Assembly: GCF_009914755.1 (NCBI RefSeq)
Contig: NC_060926.1
Length of the DNA: 64,000 nt
Direction: 5' to 3' (one strand)
Origin: the human T2T-CHM13v2.0 reference genome, Homo sapiens
Numbering within the stretch: position 1 is the first letter of the stretch; each line of letters opens with the position of its first letter. The position numbers were made by a program, and so were the translations under genes. This document shows, piece by piece, positions 32,737-51,601 of this stretch. The notes below the pieces were generated by a model that did not search any database, was not told where the DNA came from, and worked only from the letters and a program-made list of their open reading frames with translations.

Positions 32737-35044
32737 TCAATGAAAAATAATTTAAAATGATAGATGATGTTGATCAAATTAATCACCAATGGTGGATTAA
32801 GTGATAGGAAAAGGAAGCTGAAACTCAAGCTCTGAGATGTTTTTATATTTTTGTTTAATTTATCTTGTTTGTCTCATAAATTCTAATTCTATTCACATTC
32901 AAATATAAGCTCGCCAGAAACTGTCCTTGCTTCTCTTGTTCATTGCCATGTCTCGAAGGTCTAACACTAATAGACATTTATTTATAGAATGAACAAATTG
33001 ATGAATTAATAGGGTAAAAATCTACGATTAAGAGAAACTTCAGGTGTTTATTAGGTCTTCATTTAAAAAATGAAGTGTCTTTTTTATGACTTCAATAAAA
33101 TTTTTTGAAGAGGTTAATATACGAATGAAAGATATTGTCAATATAATTTCAGGTTCAGCATATTCACCTTTGGTATACATCGTCTGTACCACATTTGCTT
33201 TAAGACAGTATGACAGTTGTCTATGCCAATAATTTTAATACTCACTACATCACTCCAAGTATTAGTCCTTCTAAATATGAAATCTCATGACATTTTGACA
33301 GAAGGCTACCTACAAATGTGTCTGAATTATACATGCAAACAAACCTGAATGAATATCAAAGGCAAAGAAGATCTTTTTCTCAGAGGGCAAGAAGAGAATT
33401 CATACCAGTCTATCATTTAATACTTTGGCAAAGGCTTTTGCTAGAAGACTTTTAATGTTCTTTTCAGTATTCAATCATACAACTGTCTGAAGAGGATGTT
33501 GTGATTTGGGTAATAATTTTCTCAAACACATTTACATCCCTAATTTCTTTTTGAGCTGAGTCAATCAACATGCCATTTGGGATGCACCTGGAGGCTACTT
33601 GTTTGAGGGTTTTTTTTTTTTTTAAAGTGAGAACTATTGGACATCCATTTGCACTCGAACTGCCTGTAAATACCTCCCAAAGCCCCTTAGCTCTACAGAG
33701 GGAGAACAAAGGAAACAGCCATATTCAGTCAGCGCTTTGTGATTTTTGTATTCCATAGGCTAGAGAATAGAATAGAGGAGGCACTCGACTCTTTTTGGGG
33801 TCACTTTCTGGAATAGAGAGAAAGAGGCCGTTTTCCACATTTTCAAATGCTCTCCCTCTCAGTTTGCTGCAACTTCCTCTGACAGCCATGTTCGTGCATG
33901 GCACTGCCTCATAGGAGTTTCTCCTGGTTTTGCACTCATACGGCAAGTGAAAAGTATGGTAAATATTACACTCTGTAATTACTTATTAAATGTTGAGCCC
34001 CAAAATCCTTTTTTTGGTTTTATTTTTTCTCCTTTCACTCATACTCAGGGTTCCTAGACCTTCAGCTCAGAACTCAGAGCCAGAACCTGCATTCGAAGCT
34101 TTAACTGCAGCTCAGACTCGGCACAGTTCTTTGGGGAGGAGAAAGGAGGCTGAGTGATGTGGTGGATGGGTAGAAATAAAAATAAAAATACAATACCTAA
34201 GCTGCTGTATTCATACAACCAACTCCTCATCATCCATCATTACATTCAAGGATCTGTAATATGGCTCATGCCCATCTTTCTGTCTCAATGTTCCATAGAT
34301 TACCAACGTTAATTTTGATGTTCAGCCATTCTAGAGCAATCTGTCTTCCAAGATTGTGCTCTGCACTTATCTCATCCCTGTGCTTTGGTTCATGTTAATC
34401 CTGCCCCCTGAATTATATCCAGTCTATCTCAGCCCACTCTAATCCTACTGATTCTCCAAGAACTAGTTCAAATCACCACTAGCCTTTTATTTCTGATCCC
34501 CATCTAAATAAAACAAGATTTTAAAACGGATTTAATTTTTATAGCTATATGGGAAAACATTTGGCTAACCTTCTTGAGATGGAAAGTGGTATCCAGAGGC
34601 GTAAGCCCAAAAAACAAAATGAAACCTATCCTGCTCTCGCAGGAAAAAAAGAGAAAGCTCACAAAGAGGAGGTGAAATAAGAGACCCTGCAGGGAAACAG
34701 CCAGTAGAGATATCTAGTGGCTGAGTAGCCAAAGGATATTTGAAGAATGGAGAAACCAACTTCAGATTAAAATTATTTGCAAGGAATGGGAATTTTTGTG
34801 TCAACTTGGCTAGGCCTCGGTGATTTAATGGAGTACTAATTTAAGTGTTGCTGTAGAGACATTTTACAAATTTGGAAAACATCTACAATCAGTTAGATAC
34901 TCCTTTGAGTATAAGAGGTTACTTTCAATAATGTGGGTGGGCCTCATCTAATCAGTTGAAGGCCTTCCCAGAGTTGTGGGTTTTCTGGAGAAGGAATTCT
35001 GCCTTAAGACTGCAGCATTAACTCCTGCCTGAGTTTTCAGGCTG

Positions 35045-35265
35045 TATATATGTATCTGATGTATCTATATCTACATATATGTACATTCAAATGTATATGT
35101 ATATAAATATATATAATAAATACATTCATATTATGTGTATACACATATGTAATATATGTATGCATTATATGTATATATTCTGTAATATATACATATAATA
35201 GATGTTTATATGTGCAATATATACATATATAACACACATATATATATAACATGTATATTGACATA
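35045..35265. repeat. Degenerate (TA/TG/CA)n AT-rich microsatellite
   Basis: tatatatgtatctgatgtatctatat...acacacatatatata. Confidence 0.85.
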
Positions 35266-35398
35266 CAGTCAATCCCTATTATTCATGAATTCCGTATTTG
35301 CTGTTTTGCCTACTTACTAAAATTTATTTGTAACCCCAAAATCAATATGATAGTTTTGCAGTCATTTCTGGACATGCACATAGTAATGAAAATGCTGA

Positions 35399-35758
<360 letters not shown>

Positions 35759-36026
35759 TTGTTTCAACTCTCATACTGTAAACAAGTCTCCTTTCTGTGG
35801 TATATTTAATGCCATGTTTTTCACATCATTGTGCTTTTTGTTGATTTTGCTGTTTAAAATGCCCCTCTCCCGGCACAGTGCTGAAGTGCTGTCTAGTGTT
35901 TCTAAGTGCAAGAAAGCTGTGACACGCCTTCCAGAGAAAATGTATGTGCTAGATAAGCTTTATTCAGGCAAGGATTTTAGTGCTCTTAGCCTTGAACTCA
36001 ATGTTAATAAATCAAAAATATATAGA

Positions 36027-36341
36027 GAGTCATGCATTGTTTAATGAAAAGCTATGTTCTGATAAATGCATCATATTTTGTTGTTTTACAAACATCATAG
36101 AGTGTGCTTACACAAACCTAGATGGCACAGGCACATTTTTATTTATATTAATTTTTCATATGGAAAACCAAACATCCCAGCACCATTACTGAATATTAAT
36201 CATTTCCTCTATTTGATGTGCAATGCCAATATCAAGTGCCATATATCAGTTTTCTATATATGGTCCATTATAATCTTATGGTACCACCATCATATAGACA
36301 GTGTGTTGTTGACTGAAACATCATTAATCAGTGCATGACTA
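36027..36341. mobile_element. Tigger3-type non-autonomous element inside MER82
   Basis: TIR-like ends agtcatgca / tgcatgact; catcatagagtgtgcttacacaaacctagatgg and ccattataatcttatgg. Confidence 0.72.
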
Positions 36342-37295
36342 TATTAAGTAAGGTGTCTTTAAGAAGAAACACACATAAAGCAAGGTTATATCTTGATTAA
36401 TTGATGACAATGTTGTGGACAGAGAGACTCTATGAATCCAACCCTGTATTTGCCATTGTATTTCTTATTATTCATACAAGCGACTATTCAATATTTGCTA
36501 ATTCAGTATTCGCAGCAACATAATAGAACATAATTACTATGAATTGTGAGTAACAATAATTGACTGTGTATCTGTATACATGCATACATGTATCTATGTC
36601 TATCTATGTATCTATCTATATAGCCCATTGATTCTGTTTCTCTGGAGAACCTGAGTGATATACATGGCTACTGTCTCAAGTTGCAAACTGCCCCCAGTGC
36701 TCCCAAGAGAAACTGGAAAGGGAGTGGAGGAGGCAAGTGAGAGAATGAGAAGCCAGACACAGAAGTAATTTCAGATCAAGTCCCTTCCATCTGTCATTGG
36801 CTATAGCCTCCCTTGGTGGATATAAGTGCCCCCATGCACTTTCTGCTCTGGGTTAGTCCTGGCAACAGGCTTCCATGGCCCAAGCATTGTCCTCTGAGGG
36901 AGAATGCAAGGCCAAGACCACAGGAGTGAAGCAGCCACAAGCTGATAGGCCAGAGGAGGAAGTGACTAATAGATATCACAATGGCCCTAGAAGGAGGAAT
37001 CACCCTTTTTCTTTGTAAACCTCCCACCCTGCTCCAGGAGCTCACCAGTGCCTGTGTATACACAGTAAATGCTAAATAAATGTTGAAAAAGGAAGTGATC
37101 TGTCCTGCTGCATTTCACTAAGATGCAAGATGCACAGGGACAAACAAAGCAGAAAATCAACCATTCTCAGGAGTACTTTTTTTGATGCTTCTCTAGAGCA
37201 CAGCTGTTGAAAAATATTTGTGAAAAGAAAGAATTTTGAAAATATTTTCATGGTTACTTGACAGATAATTCCTTTTCCAGAACCATATGATATAA

Positions 37296-37736
<441 letters not shown>

Positions 37737-37757
37737 TAAATCAGGAAGCTCTTCTAA

Positions 37758-37810
<53 letters not shown>
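37758..37810. repeat. (CT)n(CA)n compound microsatellite
   Basis: Direct inspection. Confidence 0.95.
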
Positions 37811-38159
37811 AAGGTGACTTTTGCCAGAAAAAATTTATACTCACCATAAAATTCAAATACAAGTAAATAAATAGAAGAGCAGGGAGATCTAAGCTATACT
37901 TTAAGGTGTATTTTTCTACAAGGTATCCACAGAACAAGGAAAAATATTTGTGTGTAAAATGTGGGAAAATATATTTGTAGAGCTATTTACCATGGCACCT
38001 GCCTTCTGGAAGAATCACACCAGCCTTATGTAACTTTCAGAGCACTGAACTCCTACTGTTTTCTTAAAACACTGTGAATAAATTTTTTGGCAGTCAAGAA
38101 GGACTAGATTATTCCATAAGGCAGTTGAAGAATTGCTCAACTGTCAGGGAGCAGTCCTA

Positions 38160-39096
<937 letters not shown>

Positions 39097-39297
39097 ATAG
39101 CAAGTTTTTGATAGATTAATATTGTATAACCTTTCCATTTGAGGAACAATCATGATAGGACATTTTTTGACAGAGACAGGTAGTAGGTGACTTATTTCTT
39201 ACTTTAAGGACACTTAAGAGCAATATAGAGTAGACAAAACAACAAAAACTCTCCCAAAATAGATTAAATATTGAGAAATAAACTCAAAAAAGAGTGG

Positions 39298-39440
39298 AGA
39301 CTGGCTGCAGTGGCTCACCTGTAATCCTGGCACTTTAGGAGGTCAAGGTGGGAGATCACTTGAGCCCAGGATTTTGAGACTAGCCTGGGCAACATGATGG
39401 CAGGAACCTGTCTCAGACAAAAAAAAGAAAAGAAAAAGTA
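39298..39440 (+). mobile_element. FLAM/AluJ left monomer
   Basis: Single monomer (gatcacttgagcccagga...agcctgggcaacat) with A-tail. Confidence 0.8.
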
Positions 39441-39459
39441 GAAGAATGAAGAATGGTGG

Positions 39460-39572
39460 AATAATTAAGTAATTAAATAATAGTTTAATAATAATTAGTT
39501 TAATAATTATATAATATTAATTAGTTATATAGTAGTAATAGTTTAATAATAATTTATTAATAATAATTAAAG
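39460..39572. repeat. AT-rich low-complexity tract
   Basis: Degenerate (taa)/(tagtttaataat) units. Confidence 0.8.
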
Positions 39573-41254
39573 TTTTTGTCAAAATTGAAATTTGAAGTTA
39601 AGGCTTAATTTGAGACTTGGACATGGAAATCACTTCCCAGAATTGAGCAGGTGCTAAAGAGTGGTGCCATTGTCAAGGAATGGAAAGAAGCATAACTTGA
39701 ACTATGACCTACTTGGAGAAGAGTGTGGGTGCATGAGGAAGGAGTCTAGTCAAATGCTCAATGCCTGGGAGGTTCAATGAAAGATAAATGGTGGTTCCAG
39801 TGGACAGGGAGAACCTGGAGATTGGTGATCAGGAGTAGGTAATACTCAGAGGTCTAGCCAGGCTGGTGGCTGATAGACATCAAGAAACTCTGGAAACAGG
39901 AAACAGGGTCCTAGATCTGAGGCTAGAGTTCAAGGGCAGCACTAAGCCCTTTAAGAAGGCTGACAAAGCAGTCTTAGTGAAACACAAGTACCAAACATGC
40001 TCTCAAAACAGAAACCCAGACAAAAAAAGAATACAGAATCTGGAATGAGGGCACACTATGGAACACTTATCAAGGCACAAGCCTAAACACAATTGTCACA
40101 CCAAGACACAATACCAGCATGGAACTGGCAGCAGAATTGATGAGATGCTTAGTCATTGGAGCACTTCACTGAGAGCTCCTGGAATTAATCAACCAGGAAT
40201 GCAACTGGTCCCAGCCAGAGTTGGGCTAAATTTCAGGGTATCAAGAGTTTAAATTAGGGCAAAGAGAGGAGAAGAAGCAGGGAGCCAGAAAGGTCAAGAT
40301 AGGTTTCAAAGGAAGGTGGTGAGAGCACTCACAAGGACAACTGGGTGCTCCCTTCAGCATGCCAATGAATATGTGACGTATACAAATGTCAGCAAAGATT
40401 ATGGGTGACTCAGGATGGGAGGAGAGAGGGAGGAGAGAGGGTCACCCATAATCTGAAGAGGGAGGACACTTTGAGTCAGTAGGAAATGGGAAGGAGAAAA
40501 ATAATACTTCAAAGAAAAGCCTAATTGATGCATAGTTAAGCAGCTCCAAAATGGCACATTGATGACTACCAGAGACGGAAAGAAAGAAGAGAAGAAGAAA
40601 AAAAATCAAGGGGAGGACTGTGGAAAAGCAGCCCAGGACACATCCATACACATTGTTTTGATTCTACCTCAGGACCCAGTAGATATTTTGATCCTGTATA
40701 AAATATTTTAAGCAGAATTATACAAACATGATCGATTTTAATTTTCATCAAGAATGTATTTTCTAGAGCTCATTCCATTAAGCCAATTTGATTCTTTGAT
40801 CAATTTTCTATAAAGCACAGTTTGTTTTTTTCATTTTTATCTTTAATGTAACTGAAATTACTTTTATTGACATTGATTCTTTCTAACTTAAATATTACTC
40901 TGAGACTATGATTATTCGATTGGATTTCTTGAAAACATAATATTTTTCCAATTATGGCTTCCACCATGTGGTTTTTCTCTGGCAGCTCTTCCTTCTAACA
41001 AGCTCAATTTCCCCACATCAAATTTGACATATCTAAACTTTGTTAAGAGTTGATTCTGATATTAGTTTTTAGTCAATAATAAACCTTACCATGTGAAGTT
41101 TTAGCTTTTGTTTTTTTTATGGCTTATTTCTACCAATTCTAACTTTGGCTAATTTTTCCAATGTGCTTCTCCATAAGTTTTTAATATTTAACAACTTTTA
41201 TGAGGTGCAATTTCCATGACTGTAAATTTTCTTTGGGGATACGTTGACCAAAAA

Positions 41255-41700
41255 TCTTTACTACAATATCTACATAATGGAGTACTATGCAGAAACAAGC
41301 AAAAAGTATAAGAAAGATCTCTGAGATTATTATTGTTAATGAATACATATTGTGATCTATATAGCATGTGTAGTATATGGCTATGTGTATATAGAATGTA
41401 TATAGTATGCTGCCTTTTATATAGGAAAAATGAAAACAAATATATATAGAAACACACACATACACAAATATTTGCTAATTTTGCAGAAAGAGACGTAGGA
41501 AAAGTAAGCCAGAAGCTAATGGCAATAGTTATCTATATAGATAGATGGAAATGGGCCAATAGGAGTGAGAACTTCTGTTGAATATATGTTTCTGTTTTGA
41601 AGCATATACAAAATGATATAAAATAAAAAGAATATGAAAAAATGAATCCCAAAATTGAATCAAAACAGAAGCAAATGAAGCTAACAAATGACCACTCCAA
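41255..41700 (+). mobile_element. Ancient L1M 3' relic
   Basis: tacataatggagtactatgcag...tatagtatgctgccttttatat. Confidence 0.55.
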
Positions 41701-42353
41701 AAAAATTATTCATTTGTATTTAATTCCAGACTAACTCATTAGACAATTAGGAGCAACTCCTCTCAAATGGTCTACAAATAGTGAATTCAATGAACCTAGG
41801 TCTGATCGTTTGGTGGGCTCTGTGCTAATTGTTTATCCTCCTGGTGGAAGAGCAGAAGCAGATCTGTGTGTCCTTCAGTGACCAAACGGCAATTCAGCTC
41901 AGGAAACCTGTCCAAACAAACACTATGTTCTTATAATGGGAGCAGGACTAGCCCAAGATTTCCCCAAAACAGAATAAAATGGCAGAGTGGCTGGGTCCGT
42001 AGTACTTGCAAAAGAAAAAACCCTGCTTTTCCAATGTTGGAAAAATCTCAGCTTTGATCTTAGAGCAAACAAAAAAACACAGCAACCAAAGGAGCACTGT
42101 AAGGAATCTTCATAATCAAGAGAAAAAAAAAAACTCACCAAGCTATATGTTCAAGTCAAAAACAAAAAAAAACAAAAAAAAACAGAACACTAATCTCAGT
42201 AGCAAAGACATCATAAGCCGCCCTGTGAGAGGTTAGGGGAAAAGGAATGACAGCAGCTGGAACGGGCTTTCTCAGGCTTTCTGTGTAGGCCAGGCTGTAT
42301 AACCCTTATAGGATAAAAACACATGCACTTGATCTCGTAAGAGAACAATTATC

Positions 42354-42711
<358 letters not shown>

Positions 42712-42786
42712 TTAATTGGCCATGGTCCCCAGGGAAGAAATTCCCCATTTCTCACCAAGTGGTACCTCTGAAATTTAACCTTAAGA

Positions 42787-43172
<386 letters not shown>

Positions 43173-43688
43173 TTATGTAAAAGGAAAGATAGATTTTTTT
43201 TGAAAGATATCAAATTTGCTTCAAAAGTTAGGTTTCAAAAATTCTATATACAGATTCATTTTCCTATATTAGCTTTTATCTCAGCTTCATTTGTAAATAG
43301 TGAAAACTTTCATGTTTTAGGGATTTATTGCAGAACTTTTTACAATTACCAACATGTTCATGCAATGGCCCTCTCTTGAACTTCACTCGTATTGATTTTA
43401 AATTCCATAATAAAGCTCCTAAATGTAGAAGATTAACTACAACATTATTTCAATTTTAATTGAACAATTGTGTAAATAGTTCTTAGCTTGCAGTGAAACG
43501 TAGATTGCTGCTTTATTCTAAAGTTCTAAACTACAAAATATCTGCACTCTCTCAATCCTTTCTGATGATCTCATCCTTCCTTGCCATTTCTCCCTACAGT
43601 CTTTCACATTTACAAACTGATTTTATATATATATGTATGCAGTGGCTGGTTGGCTAGTCACACTCATGCTTTAAAAGTTAATTTGAAG

Positions 43689-45580
<1,892 letters not shown>

Positions 45581-45695
45581 AAAAGTTAATTTGAAGGTTC
45601 AGATTGAATCTATATGTAACAAATTGCCAGAATGGAAAAATTTCTGGATAGTCTAAAAGTATCTCAGAATCTGCAATTAGCCTGGAGAACATATT

Positions 45696-45697
<2 letters not shown>

Positions 45698-45726
<29 letters not shown>

Positions 45727-46007
45727 GAGACGGAGTCTTGCTCTGTCGCCCAGGCTGGGAGTGCAGTGACATAATCTCGGCTCACTGCAAGCTCCGCCTC
45801 CTGGGTTCATGCCATTCTCCTGCCTCAGCCTCCCCAGCAGCTGGGATTACAGACGCACGCCGACACGCCCGGCTAATTTTTGTACTTTTAGTAGGGACGG
45901 GGTTTCACCATGTTAGCCGGGGTGGTATCAATCTCCTGACCTTGTGATCCACCCGCCTCGGCCTCCCAAAGTGCTGGGATTAAAGGCGTGAGCCACTGCG
46001 CCTGGCC
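45698..46007 (-). mobile_element. AluY-like
   Basis: 19-bp TSD agcctggagaacatatttc (45679-45697, 46008-46026). Confidence 0.94.
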
Positions 46008-46877
46008 AGCCTGGAGAACATATTTCAATGCAGAGTTTATTATATGTAGCAGGATGCTCAATTTTTGTTAAAATAGTTTCTTTAACTTCAGACACTGTAG
46101 GAATGGCTATCAAGTTACATATTGGAAAAAGTGACCTTGTGTGCAAATCATTTTACCTTCTATTTCTTCAAGGAAAGAGTTACAACAATTATATTTAATC
46201 CTCTGGCAAACAATAAAGTGTGTTAGAAATTTCTGGAACAACAGGGGCTATCGAGCTCAATTATTATATTTTAAATGTAATTAGTATATCACTACAAAAA
46301 TAACAAGAGCCAAAATATAACAAAAAGTCAGAAAGAGAGAGAGAGAGAGAATTCATTTCTGAAAGATTTCACAGAGAATCAATTTGGTAGACCCAATGAA
46401 ATATTCTTTATATCCTCACTTCTAAAATTCTTCTTCCACCATCTTTTAAAAGGTGATTAACGACTGTATATAGTTTATAGATTGTCGAGGCGTCTTTTAC
46501 TCCTCTTCTTTCTTTAGCCTACTGCCTGTCTTATTGATACTGGCTATTCACTAACTTCCACTGAAAATAATTAAAATCTGCATCATTGGAGAACAGCCGG
46601 AAAGAAGAGCATGATGAATGTGAGCTAGGACCTTTGCCAAGCAGATGCCTCTGCCTCCGTGGAAGTCAAGAGCTCAGTTGGTGTGTGGGTAACTCAGAGA
46701 CAACAAGGAGGTACAGGAAAGCACAGGAGTAGACACAGAAGAGTTGGTAACTCACAAATGAGAGAGACAAAGATGCTGTGTGATGGACAGGCATGTAAAG
46801 CAGGTCCTTTCGTGTGTAAACCATAGAGGCCATTCATGCGCGATTTGAAGGAAAAGGGCTCAGGAGTTATCACTGTG

Positions 46878-47280
46878 TAGATCTGGGAGGCATTATGCTA
46901 AATGAAATAAGCTGGACACAGAAGGACAAATACTGCATGATCTCACTTATAGGTAGGGTCTAAAATAAAAGCAGAGGGTAGAATGATGGTTACCAGGGCA
47001 TGGGTTTGGGTGATGTTCTCAAGGTATGCAAAGTTTCAGTTATGCAAGATGAATGAGTTCTGGAGATCTAATGTACAGCATGGTGACTTGAAGTATCACT
47101 ACTGTGCTGTATACATGAAACTTGCTAAGAGGGTACGTACTATTTTCACCACATACAAAAACAACGGTAACGATGTGAGGTGACAGATTAGTTAATTATC
47201 TCAATTGTGGTGATTATTTCACATTGTATGCCTGTATCAAATCATCAAGCTGTATACCTTAAATATATACAATTTTTTAA
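46878..47280 (+). mobile_element. L1MA/L1MB 3' end fragment
   Basis: cattatgctaaatgaaataagc...gacaaatactgcatgatctcactta...gttctggagatctaatgtacagcatggtgac. Confidence 0.85.
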
Positions 47281-48714
47281 GAAGTCATCTCTGAAAAATT
47301 AAGCAGTGATGTTCAAACAGTGATGGGAAGACATAGCTGGGGTTGGTACATAAGAAGTCTCACCAAAAAAAAGAAAAACAAAACACACAATTTTAAGAGG
47401 TATTTCATATTTTCTCCAAACTTCTAAACATTGGGATTTTGTTTTGATGGTAAATTTAAGGTAACCTGAGTAGGCGGTCTGGACACATTCCCATCATATT
47501 TTATTTCACCTCTGTAGCATTTCCCAAAATATAGGACGTCTTTGCTCTTTTGTCCCAAATTTTTTAAAATGCAAGCATTTCACCACATGCTCTATGACAA
47601 TGCCTTTTTGTCCTATGGGTAGACAAATGTGAGTATGAGAAAATTTTGACATAAAACCAATAACGAGCACGAGAATAGGACAGCCAGCAGTGTTTATTTC
47701 TTTAAGAAAGCTAACCAGCAACTAATACCTGGAGTGTACATAGTCAGTCTACGCCATTTGATTCTTCTGAATCTTTTTCCACCACTGTGGTCTTTACTGC
47801 AGATACTACTTTGAGAATGTGTCTGTGCTCTGCACTGAAGGGAGAGCCAGGTCTGTCAGCGAGCCTGTCAACATCGCTCCAGTGTGAAGACTGATCAGCC
47901 CTAGCCTTTGTTTCATAAAGAATTACAGTGATGCCTTATATAATCGAAACAACAAACTGCCTTGTTTGAAGGTCTGAAATTCCAGCACGTGGGTGTCACT
48001 CTGTCTAACCTCACCTACTTTTCTTTGAGCAGTTTATTTAGGAGAAACCATTCCTCCTGCCTATTAAAATTATCATTTCTTAATGTTTCAGCTGACGTGT
48101 TTCCTTTAATATATTTTTGGTGCATCTGTTCTTTCCTCACCTTGACCAAGCGTTGCCTGAGACAGAGGCTGGTGGGTGGTGGAAGTTCTTAGGCAAATGA
48201 AGATAGATCAAATGCCCTCTCCAGCTTTGAATTTTAACTAGTAAAAGAATGATGTGAGATATAATAATGCCTCCTGTTTTGTTCCTGCTTACCTGAAAAC
48301 CAAAATACTTGTAGATGAAGAGGATAAAATGCAACAAGAGGGAATCAATGAACTAGATTGGCATTTAAGAGACCTTGATTCAAGACCTAGCTCAGCCATT
48401 AATTAGCCCTGTAGTCGTTGGCTAAGAGCTTGATATCCAAGGCTCTCAATTTCCAATCTCTCTCTCTCCCCCCCACCCCCACTTCTGTCTCTTTTGTTCC
48501 ATAGATTGCTACTATGTTGTACTAGGATGCTGACACTATGCTAGGTGGTGGAAATATACATACATGCAGGAGGTGGATTTGACAAGTCTTAGAAATTGAT
48601 CGAACCTGGGGGATGAACACAGGAAGAGTCAAAGGTAACTCTCAGCTTCCATCTTGGGAAATTAGTTGGGTGTAGCTATAATCATAATGGAGAATATAGA
48701 AAAAAGTCAAAGGT

Positions 48715-48870
48715 TTTTCTTGTTTTGTTTTGTTTTGTTTTGTTTTGTTTTGTTTTGTTTTGTTTTGTTTTGTAAAGATGAGGTCTCACTATGTTGCCAG
48801 GCTGCTCTGAAACTCCTGGCCTCAAGCGATCCTCCTGATAGGATTACAAGCATGAGCCACTGTGCCTAAC
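48715..48870 (-). mobile_element. AluJ/FLAM fragment with (TTTTG)n tail
   Basis: ggtctcactatgttgccaggc...ctggcctcaagcgatcctcc. Confidence 0.8.
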
Positions 48871-49283
48871 CAGAAAAAACAGAAGTTTTGAGGAATAATA
48901 AAGAAGTAGAAAAATGACATGTTAATTTTAATTCTAAAGTTCCTTTCCTCCAGGGGATGTATCTCTACTTCTCTAACTCCAAAAAGAAAGAAAAATAAAG
49001 CTGTAGGAATTGAGGTAAATGTCTTATATTTATACCATTATTAGTGGATTGTTTTCACTGACATCTCATTTTTTCTCCTTTTTCATGCTAGAGATCCTCT
49101 TTCTTTCCACTTAGGTGATTCTAAGAACATCAGGAGGAGGAAGGGAACAGACCCCTATAGGGTTTGTTTATAGATAAAATGCTCTTTTCTGTATGGACTG
49201 TGTATCCAACTTGTTTCTGATTTCTCTTCCTGAGAAGTCCATCCTCCCTGGCCAAGGGAAAAGCTTTAAGAAAACAAACATGA

Positions 49284-50081
<798 letters not shown>

Positions 50082-50204
50082 TTATACGGTGGGGGATAGT
50101 GTTGGGACATTGAAACAAGTAGAACATGCATTAAATAATTCCCAAGAAACTTAACAAGTCAAAGCTCCTCAGGATGGAAAGCTGGAAAATTGTTACTTTA
50201 AATG

Positions 50205-50600
50205 ATTGTTTTTCACTTACTCAACAATAGTGTTTATAATAATGGCCAAGTAGGTGGGCTAAGGCAAGAAGACAAGTAGCCACAATATGTATGTAACAAA
50301 AATGTAAGATCCCAAAAAGAGGGTTCAGAGAAAGTATTATGGTGGTTTAAGAGAGAGAAAGAAAGAGAGGCAGAAGAAATACCCTTTGGGGAAAGGCGAG
50401 GATTGTCTTTATGAAGAAGACAGCATTTGACCAGAAACTTGAAATACATTGCCTGGTGAAGACAGGGGCTGGAGAGGCCATGGCAAATTGAGAAAAGAGC
50501 ATAGTAACAAAAGGTACTAAAGTTGGAAAATGGAAAGCAAAGTTGAGGGTAATACTTTTACAGTATGGCTGAAATATATGATTGACTTGGAACATGCTGG
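50205..50600 (-). mobile_element. L2 relic
   Basis: ttcacttactcaacaatagtgtttataataatggccaag...gaagacagcatttgaccagaaacttgaa. Confidence 0.5.
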
Positions 50601-51297
50601 AAAAGGCTGGGATTGTGTTGGAATTCCATGTAATCTGGATGTGTCAGGGGTTCTCACTTTGTTCTGTGGTATTTGTATCTCTTCCTCACTAGTGGGGATC
50701 AGAGAAATCAGCCTTATGGCTTTGCAAACTTATAGGCTTGTCTGCCGATAAATAGTTCCTCCACCTAATGGTTCACAGGGGAGAACTAGCACCTACCCTT
50801 CCCTTATAAGACCTATCTTGTCAGATCCCTGGGAGTTATCAGGAAGCAACTGTGACCTTCTTCCAAATCCAGCAATGCTCATCTTCCCCAAATCAACACA
50901 CTCAAAGCTCCCACAGAGGTTTAAGCATTAATTTTTTTTTTGGTTATACACACGGAAGTGTTCATAAACACATATGTAGAGTTTAAAGCATAGTTATAAA
51001 GTAAACACCTGTATAATTATTCCCTATGTAATAGAAAATTGTAGCTCCCAGAAACCCCCATGCACTCTTTTTGTGGCGGCATTGAAGTACGCTTCCAAAT
51101 TTTTTGACACCGTTGCCAATTACAAGGTGGAATCTATACCCCTTTCTCTTGTACCTGAGGTCTGTGACTGCTTGATCAATAGAATATGGTAAGGTGGTGC
51201 TTTATGAGTTTCCAGGTCCAGGCCTGAAGCTTCCACTCCTGCTTGTTGGGCCACTTGATCTTGAACGCAGGCATCATGCTGTGAATAATCCCAGTGA

Positions 51298-51590
<293 letters not shown>

Positions 51591-51601
51591 AAAATTCCCA
51601 G

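Noticed and set aside
33464-33709. 81-aa minus-strand ORF with protein-like composition
   Set aside because: Crosses a polyA run, has no convincing splice or start context, and no recognised homologue.
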